Source of the DNA: Parasynechococcus marenigrum WH 8102
GTDB lineage: Bacteria; Cyanobacteriota; Cyanobacteriia; PCC-6307; Cyanobiaceae
DNA length: 32,000 nucleotides
Assembly: GCF_000195975.1 (NCBI RefSeq)
Contig: NC_005070.1
Span: forward strand, 1,770,001 to 1,802,000
Reading direction: 5' to 3'
Within the stretch, counting starts at the first letter, position 1. The number at the start of each line of letters is the position of its first letter. The position numbers and the translations under genes are program-made. Under the pieces are notes generated by a model. That model worked only from the letters and a program-made list of their open reading frames with translations, did not search any database and was not told the origin of the DNA. Shown here piece after piece: positions 17,973 to 25,406 of the stretch.

Positions 17973-19544
17973 ATGCCCGAGATGGGTGTCTTTCTTCTCG
18001 CCGCCCAGGCCATGGCTGCCCCTGGTGAGCTTCTCAACCTGTCGCTGAATGCCACGGCGGTGCTTCCGGAGGGAGCTGTATTGCTGGCGATGATCGCCAC
18101 GTTGCTGGTGGATCTGGCTGGCGAAAAGGTTGCTGCTCGCTGGGTTCCTCCCATTTGCTACGGGGGTCTGGGGACAGCCCTGGTGTTGTTGGCCCTGCAA
18201 TGGAATGCCCCGGTTGAAAGCTCCTTTCTTGGAGCGTTCCTCGCGGACAACCTCGCGGTGGCCTTTCGTGCGGTCATCGCCCTCTCAACCCTGCTGTCGC
18301 TGTTGATCAGCTGGCGATATGCCGAGCAAAGCGGCACACCGGTCGGGGAGTTCGCCGCCATCCTGCTGGCTGCCACCCTTGGGGCCATGTTGCTCTGCGG
18401 TGCAACGGATCTAGTGAGTGTCTTCATCTCCTTGGAAACCCTCTCAGTTGCCAGCTATCTGCTGTCGGGCTACATGAAGCGCGACGCCCGCAGCTCCGAA
18501 GCAGCGCTCAAATACCTGCTGGTCGGCTCAGCTGCCGCTGCCGTTTTTCTATACGGATCCTCCCTTCTTTATGGCCTGAGCGGCAGCACCAGCCTTGAGG
18601 CCATCGGCGTTGCCCTCCAAACCAGCACAACACCAGTAGCAGCCCTCTCTTTGGTGTTCGTTCTGGCGACCGTGGCGTTCAAGATTGCAGCTGTTCCTTT
18701 CCACCAGTGGACTCCGGATGTTTATGAGGGCTCTCCGACGCCTGTGGTGGCTTTCCTCTCCGTTGGCTCAAAGGCCGCTGGCTTCGCTTTAGCCCTGCGG
18801 ATCCTGGTGGGTTGTTTCGGCGCCTTTGATGGTCAGTGGAAGCTGCTGTTCACCGTTTTGGCGGTGCTCAGCATGACGCTGGGCAACGTGGTGGCTCTGG
18901 CCCAGACCTCAATGAAACGGATGCTGGCCTACAGCTCGATCGGTCAGGCCGGCTTCGTCATGATCGGCATGGTCTGCGGCACCGAAGACGGTTTCGCCGC
19001 GATGGTTCTTTATATGGCCGCCTACCTGTTCATGAATCTCGGGGCCTTCGCCTGCATCATCCTGTTCTCGATCCGAACGGGCAGCGACAGGATCTCTGAT
19101 TACGCCGGCCTGTATCAAAAGGATCCACTCATCACCCTCGGACTGAGCCTCTGCCTGCTGTCGCTGGGTGGCATCCCTCCCATGCTGGGTTTCTTCGGAA
19201 AGATCTACCTGTTCTTCGCGGGCTGGGCCGACCACCAATACCTTCTGGTCGTCGTCGGATTGATCACCTCAGTTGTGTCGATCTATTACTACATCTCGGT
19301 CATCAAGATGATGGTCGTGAAAGAGCCCCAGGAAGCCTCCGACATCGTCAAGGCTTACCCAGATGTGAGCTGGTCCGTGATGGGCATGCAGCCCTTGCGC
19401 GTCGCCCTGATCGGCTGCGTCGCAGTAACTGCCGTGGGTGGCATCCTTTCCAACCCCTTGTTCCAGTGGGCCAATACAGCCGTAACCAGTAGCCCATTGC
19501 TGCAGGAAGCCATCGCTCAATCCACACAACGCGGCCTTGGCTGA
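17973..19544 (+). CDS. ndhB: NAD(P)H-quinone oxidoreductase (NDH-1) subunit 2
   Basis: 523 aa polytopic protein with NdhB/NuoN motifs ([65 protein letters not shown]). Start chosen at ATG 17973. The track ORF's upstream extension overlaps topA. Confidence 0.95.
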
Positions 19545-20235
19545 TTCAACCTCCCAAGCTGTTGCTGAACTGAGTGGCGTCAGCAAGGTCTACGGCCAGG
19601 GTGATCTTGAAGTGAGGGCGCTGGATCAACTAGATCTCACCGTTCGCAGCGGCGATTATCTGGCGGTGATGGGGGCGAGCGGTTCCGGCAAGAGCACGGC
19701 AATGAACATTCTTGGCTGCCTGGATCGTCCGAGCGATGGCCGATACCGGCTCAATGGAATTGCCGTTGAACAGCTCGATGATGATGAGCTTGCGGACCTG
19801 CGCAACCAGTCCCTGGGATTCGTGTTCCAACAGTTCCATCTCCTTCCCCATGCCTCGGCCATGGAGAACGTGATGCTGCCGATGGTCTACGCCGGAATCC
19901 CACTGGACGAACGCAAGGAACGAGCGGCTTCAGCCCTGGATCGCGTCGGCCTGAGTCAACGACTGGACAATCGTCCCAACCAGCTCTCCGGCGGCCAGCA
20001 GCAGCGGGTCGCCATCGCGAGAGCCATCATCAATCGCCCGAGCCTTCTTCTGGCGGACGAGCCCACCGGCGCCCTCGACTCGAACACCACGGCTGAAGTG
20101 CTGGAACTGTTTGATGAATTGCACCAGCAGGGAATCACCCTGGTGATGGTGACCCATGAAGACGATGTAGCAGCCCGAGCCCATCGAATTGCCCGTTTTC
20201 AGGATGGCCGCATCGTGAATGAAGCATCACAATGA
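19537..20235 (+). CDS. ABC transporter ATP-binding protein, MacB/LolD/DevA-type, with no adjacent permease
   Basis: Walker [11 protein letters not shown]-loop [10 protein letters not shown], signature [14 protein letters not shown], Walker [14 protein letters not shown]-loop VTHE. The only 5' start is TTG at 19537, which overlaps the ndhB stop by 8 nt. Confidence 0.85.
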
Positions 20236-20258
20236 GGCATCTCTATTGCATTGATGCC
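20236..20258 (+). terminator. Weak candidate stem-loop immediately after the ABC ATPase stop
   Basis: GGCATC (20236-20241) pairs with GATGCC (20253-20258) around an 11-nt loop. No following T-tract, so terminator function is doubtful. Confidence 0.2.
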
Positions 20259-20311
20259 GCAGTCATCTTGGGGACTGATCATTGCGACTGTGAAGGCAGC
20301 CCCGCATCAGA

Positions 20312-20332
20312 GGGTTGATCAATGATTAGAGC
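20312..20332 (+). repeat. Left copy of an imperfect 21-bp direct repeat (gggttgatcaatgattagagc)
   Basis: Matches 20618-20638 at 18 of 21 positions, aligned by eye. Confidence 0.6.
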
Positions 20333-20617
20333 TTTAACAAAAACTTTCCTAACAGCAATTGAATACCGCAGAATCTTTTCAAAGGGACACCAAGGGACTT
20401 AATCCTTACCTTGCTCCACGGGACCTGATGCTGTCAGAAATAAACCGCCTGGCATGTGACTCATTGGGTCACAAGAATGATGTGAGACAACACCAGAGCC
20501 AAGCAACGATATCATCACGAAACAATTCAATCAATTGTCGCAATTCCTTGGGACGATTGAAAATCACGAACCTGGAACAAAAGAAGCCATTGAAACCAAG
20601 CAACAGAAGAACCCCTT

Positions 20618-20638
20618 GGGCTGACCAATGATTGGAGC
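20618..20638 (+). repeat. Right copy of an imperfect 21-bp direct repeat (gggctgaccaatgattggagc); contains the palindrome CCAAT-G-ATTGG
   Basis: Matches 20312-20332 at 18 of 21 positions. Confidence 0.6.
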
Positions 20639-20862
20639 ATCTTTCTTTCGACACATCTTGCAAATAAGCTGATTAAATTCAAGAATCAATCCTCAGCATC
20701 GACACAAGAAACAGGATGATCCTGCAATCCTAGTCGTTGAAGGGTCCAATCTTGCTGCCAGGACTTCTCAGCAGACGCTCTAAAAGCTATCTTGTGTTTA
20801 CTTAAGGATCCGCAAGGCTCAGCAGCCGAGAGCCACTAGATTAATTAAAAATCTCTGTTCGG

Positions 20863-21591
20863 ATGCCAGAGCTGGCCAAATCACGACCTCGCGTTCTCGT
20901 CGTTGATGACGAGCCACGGCTGACCTAGCTGCTCAGCCTCGAACTCGATGTTGAGGGCTACGACGTGGATATCGCATCCGACGGGGCAACTGGACTGATC
21001 CGAAGTCGCAGCGAACCCGCGCCAGATCTGATTATTTTGGACTGGAATCTTCCTGACTTCAGCGGCATCGATATCTGTCAGCGAATTCGGGCTGGAGGAA
21101 TCTGCACTCCGATCCTGATGCTCACAGGCCATGAAGAGGTCAGTGATCGTGTCACTGCCCTGGATGCTGGTGTTGACGACTACCTGATCAAGCCATTCTC
21201 CATCGACGAACTCATGGCAAGGCTGCGGGCTATGCAGCGACGTGCCGAAGCATTTTCCGGCCGTAATGAACCCGGCCAAGAGGCCGTGCAGCTCAGGGTG
21301 GCTGACCTGTCCATGGACACCCGGACTCGAGACGTCAAACGTACCGGTCGCTCGATTCAGTTGTCAGTGAAGGAATACGACCTTCTCAATTGTCTAATGC
21401 GCGGTTCCGGTCGGGTTCTGGAGAGACAGGAAATCATGCGCGCTGTTTGGGGTGAGAACTTCTACGGAGACGACAACCTCCTGGATGTGTACATTCGCTA
21501 CTTACGTAAGAAAGTCGAATCCAAAGATGCGCCAACTCTGATCCACACAGTGCGCGGCGTGGGCTTCATCCTGAGGGAAGAATCAAACTGA
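20863..21591 (+). pseudogene. OmpR/PhoB-family response regulator interrupted by an in-frame TAG at codon 22 (20926-20928)
   Basis: From ATG 20863 the frame reads MPELAKSRPRVLVVDDEPRLT*LLSLELDVEGYDVDIASDG. It continues into the track ORF 20965-21591, with receiver motifs LIILDWNLPDFSG and DDYLIKPF and the winged-helix LSVKEYDLLNCLM...VRGVGF. The acidic DD pocket lies upstream of the stop. No histidine kinase is adjacent. Confidence 0.8.
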
Positions 21592-21737
21592 CCGCCCAGA
21601 CCTTTGACATTTGCGCAATACGGCAGCCAGCAACACGGACAGAGGGACGTTCTAAGCCAATGGGATCGGGGTCAAGCGAGCGACGTGCTGATCGACTCGC
21701 GATCCGGTGCACTGCGATTTCCCCTAACGCGGTGGTG

Positions 21738-22508
21738 TTAAGGCCAGCGAATCCACTCCGTTCGCTGTTGCCCACGTCGCAGGAGCAGGCCGCCACTGGG
21801 CGACAAGCCGTCGATCGTCCAGGACGGCCCGTCGTCTGAACTGGAGACCTGATCGCTCCACAGACGATCCTCCACCAACTGCAGCCAAGCGGAAGATCCA
21901 GCCAGCAACTGCAGACTGCGTTCCAGCGACAGCAGCAGTTCACCCACCCAGATCTCAACGGAAGCATCAGACCTTGGCAGCAGTTCACGCAGGGCGATGG
22001 CACCGATAGGGACAGTGTTCATGACATTCAGCCCGATACCGCAGCGCACCAGCCTCAGCTGTGGTCCGCGGTGCACCAGTCGCGGCAGCACCCCCGCCAG
22101 CTTGCGCCCCTCCACCAGTAGGTCATTGGGCCACTTGATCCGAACCGGAACTCCCTGCCGCTCCAGCCGGTTGGAAAGCTCCAGGGCAACAGCAAGGCCC
22201 AGCAGACCAGCCGCGGTAACGGACTGTCCTGGCCAGGGCATGGCGGCACTCAGCCAGACCCCACCGGTTGGCGACTGCCAGTGGCGACCGCGCTGACCAA
22301 CGCCTCGCCGCTGCCGTCGTGCCACGACTGCACGGGGCCGCACAAGATTCGGTTCATCCTGAAGCCATTCGGCAAGGCTGATCTCGGTGCTGCTGCACAC
22401 CGGAAGCCAGCGCAGATTCCAGGTCCCCAGGCGGTCAGTCCTGAATCGTCGATCATGCAGTGCCAGCTGACGCCCTCCACAACGGTGCGGTCGAGCCGTC
22501 CAGGTCAT
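21738..22508 (-). CDS. birA: Biotin--[acetyl-CoA-carboxylase] ligase
   Basis: BirA biotin-binding loop RRQRRGVGQRGRHWQSPTGGVWLS and KWPNDLLVEGRKLAGVL. ATGA overlap with the aminotransferase stop. Confidence 0.8.
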   Translation of the reverse strand: MTWTARPHRCGGRQLALHDRRFRTDRLGTWNLRWLPVCSSTEISLAEWLQDEPNLVRPRAVVARRQRRGVGQRGRHWQSPTGGVWLSAAMPWPGQSVTAAGLLGLAVALELSNRLERQGVPVRIKWPNDLLVEGRKLAGVLPRLVHRGPQLRLVRCGIGLNVMNTVPIGAIALRELLPRSDASVEIWVGELLLSLERSLQLLAGSSAWLQLVEDRLWSDQVSSSDDGPSWTIDGLSPSGGLLLRRGQQRTEWIRWP

Positions 22509-23683
22509 GGGACAGCAGCCACCACTCGTCGGGCAGCGTCCTCAAGCTCATCCGTTGGACGGACCAAAGCCATCCGCAACCAGCCCTTGCCCCCTTCACC
22601 GAAACCAGAGCCCGGGGTGAGTGCGACGCCGGAGCGCTGCAGAACATGGCTGGCAAAGGTTTCGTCGTCAAGTTTCCGGACGCCAGCATCAGCTGGCAAA
22701 GGCAACCAGAGGTACATGGCCATCCCAGGGGTGGGACAGGACCAGCCACCGCCCCGCAACACCGACAAAACGCGATCCCGGCGCTCGCGATAAGCGCCAT
22801 GCAGGCTGCGGGGCCAATCAGCCCATTGGGTCAGGGCCTGGATCGCCCCCTGTTGCAACGCCAACGACTGATTGAAATCCACCACGCCCTTCACCTGACG
22901 CAGGGCGGTGATCAAGGGTTCGGCGCCAATGGCGAAGGCCAGCCGAAATCCGCCAAGGCACCAGCCTTTGGAGAGGGAGAAGAATTCAATTCCCCATTCA
23001 CTCCAACCAGGACTTCTCAACAGCGATGGGGCCTCTCCCTCCAGGGCAAGATCCACGTAGGGATTGTCGTTGGCAATCACCAGCTGATGGCGACAACCGC
23101 GGGCCATCGCCTGATCCAACAGCTCCTGGTTTCCCACCGTGGCGGTTGGGTTGTGGGGGTAGCCGAGGACGAACAGCTTCAGCTGATCCCAGACCGCAGG
23201 GCGAATGGCGTCAAAATCAGGGAGCCAGTCCTGCTCCTGAAACAGAGGCAAGCTGCAGATCGAGGCCCCTGCCAGCACCAGCCCACCGCGATGGGATGGG
23301 TAAGAGGGATCGAGGAGAAGCGCACGATCTCCAGGGTCAAGAATGGCAAGGGGGAGATGGGCTGTTCCCTCCTGGGAACCGACCAGCAGCTGAACCTGAC
23401 GCTGGGGGTCGACCTCCACACCGAATCGGCGCTGACACCAGGCTGCTACCGCCTGTTGGAACGGTGCTGTTCCCGCTTCAAGGCAATACGCAGAACTAGC
23501 AGGGTCGGTGACCGCCGCCGCCATGCAACGGAGAATCTCTTCCGGGGGCTGTAAATCAGTCGACCCAAGGGAGAGATCGATCAGAGGTGGAACGCCTGTT
23601 TTGTCCCGATGGGCTTGTTTCGCCCGGTCGGTGCGCGCAAAAACGCCGTTTCCAAGGGCTTCAAGACGCCTAGAGGTTGGCAT
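22505..23683 (-). CDS. Class I/II PLP-dependent aminotransferase
   Basis: N-terminus LEALGNGVFARTD, GYPHNPT, and PLP-lysine motif FSLSKGWCLGGFRLAF. ATG at 23683 is preferred over 23725 and overlaps the thioredoxin 3' end by 14 nt. Confidence 0.85.
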   Translation of the reverse strand: MPTSRRLEALGNGVFARTDRAKQAHRDKTGVPPLIDLSLGSTDLQPPEEILRCMAAAVTDPASSAYCLEAGTAPFQQAVAAWCQRRFGVEVDPQRQVQLLVGSQEGTAHLPLAILDPGDRALLLDPSYPSHRGGLVLAGASICSLPLFQEQDWLPDFDAIRPAVWDQLKLFVLGYPHNPTATVGNQELLDQAMARGCRHQLVIANDNPYVDLALEGEAPSLLRSPGWSEWGIEFFSLSKGWCLGGFRLAFAIGAEPLITALRQVKGVVDFNQSLALQQGAIQALTQWADWPRSLHGAYRERRDRVLSVLRGGGWSCPTPGMAMYLWLPLPADAGVRKLDDETFASHVLQRSGVALTPGSGFGEGGKGWLRMALVRPTDELEDAARRVVAAVP

Positions 23684-23987
23684 CCAGGAATGCTTGCAGC
23701 TGAGGCTTGGCAATCGCCCCTTCATGGCGTGCGATCACTTCACCATCGCGGTAAAGGATGAGGGTGGGAATGCCCTGCACCTCGTAGGCATCGCGGGTCG
23801 ATGGGTTGCCATCCACTTCCAGCTTCCCAACCGTCAAGCGTTCGCCGTAGGTGTCTGCAGCCCAGTCCATCAGGGGAGCCATCAGCCGACAGGGACCGCA
23901 CCAGGGTGCCCAGAAGTCAACCAGAACCGTTCCAGGGGCCTGAAGCACTTCGGAGGCAAACCCGGCGTCTGTGAAATCAGCGACCAA
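23670..23987 (-). CDS. Thioredoxin
   Basis: VLVDFWAPWCGPCR active site and GIPTLILY. The ORF is closed by TGA three codons upstream. The only available N-terminal start is TTG at 23987. Confidence 0.9.
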   Translation of the reverse strand: MVADFTDAGFASEVLQAPGTVLVDFWAPWCGPCRLMAPLMDWAADTYGERLTVGKLEVDGNPSTRDAYEVQGIPTLILYRDGEVIARHEGAIAKPQLQAFLDANL

Positions 23988-24044
23988 AGCACGAGGTCAG
24001 AGCTGTCTTGATCCTATGGAGCCTCGAGCCGAAGCAGCCAGATT

Positions 24045-24818
24045 TCAGAGTTTGTCGATGGAACGCTTCAAATCCTCGAGATCCGCATCGACTTCCTCCA
24101 CCTTCACTGGCGTCACAGCCTGGGATTGCTCAGACGCGGGCAGAGCGACGGACTCCGGACCGCCCTTGAGCTGGTTGCGCAGCGCTGCCAGCTCATCATC
24201 CACATCAGAGCCCCCCTCCAGGGCAGCGAATTGGCTCTCCAGATCAGCACCTGCCAGCTCAGCCGCGGCCTGTCCGGTGGCCTCCATCGCCTCGACTTTT
24301 TCCTCCATGCGCTCGAAAGCTGCCATGGCGGAATTTGTGCCGATGTTGCCCACGGCGCTCTGCAGCTGTTGCTGAGCCTGCGCCGCCTGGGCGCGGGCCT
24401 TGAGCATGTCCTTCTTCGTCTTGGCCTCGGCGATCTTGCCCTCGAGGGCCACAAGACTCTTCTTCAGAGTTTCGACCTGGCCATCCTGCGACTGAACCTG
24501 AGCGTTGAGGGACGTGGCGGTCTCCTGAAAGGTCTTGCGGCGCGTCAGCGCTTCTCGAGCCAGGTCCTCCTCCCCCTTCTTCAGGGCCAATTCAGCCCGC
24601 TCGTACCAGGTTGTGGCCTGGGATGAGGCCTGCTCAGCCTGACTGCGGAGCCGCTTCTGGCTGGCGATGGCCAAAGCCACCGCCTGCCGCAGCTTCACCA
24701 GATCCGACTGCATGTCAGCAACGGACTGGTCGAGGATTTTGGACGGGTCTTCCATGCTGCTGACCGCAGCGTTGGCGTTGGCGCGTACGAGACGACCCAG
24801 CCGATCGAAGAAGCCCAT
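24045..24818 (-). CDS. vipp1: Vipp1/IM30 (PspA family) membrane-associated protein
   Basis: MGFFDRLGRLVRANANAAVSSMEDPSKILDQSVADMQSDLVKLRQAVA is the canonical PspA/Vipp1 N-terminus. The body is a long coiled coil, with a Vipp1-type C-terminal extension. Confidence 0.9.
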   Translation of the reverse strand: MGFFDRLGRLVRANANAAVSSMEDPSKILDQSVADMQSDLVKLRQAVALAIASQKRLRSQAEQASSQATTWYERAELALKKGEEDLAREALTRRKTFQETATSLNAQVQSQDGQVETLKKSLVALEGKIAEAKTKKDMLKARAQAAQAQQQLQSAVGNIGTNSAMAAFERMEEKVEAMEATGQAAAELAGADLESQFAALEGGSDVDDELAALRNQLKGGPESVALPASEQSQAVTPVKVEEVDADLEDLKRSIDKL

Positions 24819-24883
24819 CGGGAATGGCAAAACCAATCTGAGATTAGCGAGTACAGCCGAAAACTCCCCTCTACGCTCGCTTC

Positions 24884-25405
24884 ATGGCCATCGCACCAGA
24901 CGGACAACGTCACAAACTTCGCGGCGTTGAACTGCTCCAGCAGGCCCCCCCGGCTCCGGCATCCCCCCTAGGTGACTGCCTCGACCGCCTGCGTCAGGAC
25001 TGGCGGCGGGACGGCAGCCTCGCTGGCCTTTGGCAGGACTGGCCTTCAATCGCAGGCGATCTTCTGGCGACGCACTGTCGCCCGTTGTCCCTCCAGCGGG
25101 GCGTGCTCACGGTCGGGGCCAGTCATCCGCAGTGGCGTCAGGCTCTTCAATACAACAAGCCGCAGCTGATCAGTGCTCTCAATAGCGCTGGGCACCCGGT
25201 GCGGGATCTACGGATTCAGCAGCATCACACCGGTAGCGCGGCCCAACTGCCCAGTGAGAAAGACATCTGGTCCCGCCATCCCAGCCGGACCGATATCCAC
25301 GGCATGGGCACCTGTCCGCAATGCCACAGACCGGCCCCAAATGGCGAAATGGCGTTGTGGAGCTGCTGCGGTTTCTGCCATCGCCAACATCTGAGCGACG
25401 GCTGA
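24884..25405 (+). CDS. DUF721-like protein with a C-terminal Cys4 zinc-ribbon
   Basis: W..W..I.G..LA.H.RPL.L.RGVLTV......W...L.....QL pattern typical of DUF721. C-terminal CPQC...CGFC. Confidence 0.65.
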   Translation: MAIAPDGQRHKLRGVELLQQAPPAPASPLGDCLDRLRQDWRRDGSLAGLWQDWPSIAGDLLATHCRPLSLQRGVLTVGASHPQWRQALQYNKPQLISALNSAGHPVRDLRIQQHHTGSAAQLPSEKDIWSRHPSRTDIHGMGTCPQCHRPAPNGEMALWSCCGFCHRQHLSDG

Positions 25406-25406
25406 A

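Noticed and set aside
20398-20416. Pho-box-like sequence CTTAATCC-TTA-CCTTGCTC upstream of the response regulator
   Set aside because: Only the first 8-mer fits the PyTTAAPyPy(T/A) consensus. The second repeat is poor. One half-site in AT-rich DNA is not evidence.
20359-20631. 90-codon ORF in the AT-rich gap as a real protein gene
   Set aside because: It starts at TTG and its N/S/K/R/Q-rich sequence has no recognisable fold or hydrophobic core. Codon usage is unlike the surrounding genes. I kept it only as part of the AT-rich islet finding, not as a CDS.
20881-21279. 132-aa minus-strand ORF opposite the response-regulator gene
   Set aside because: The plus strand encodes a recognisable receiver domain across the same bases, so the antisense frame is incidental.
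21592-21737. Possible bidirectional terminator or small RNA between the convergent response-regulator and birA genes
   Set aside because: Only a 5-bp stem (gatcg/cgatc) was found. There is no GC-rich hairpin with a U-tract on either strand.
22460-23554. 364-aa plus-strand ORF antisense to the aminotransferase
   Set aside because: This is a shadow ORF. The opposite strand carries a full-length PLP aminotransferase with its catalytic-lysine motif, and this translation is low-complexity R/G/P/Q-rich.
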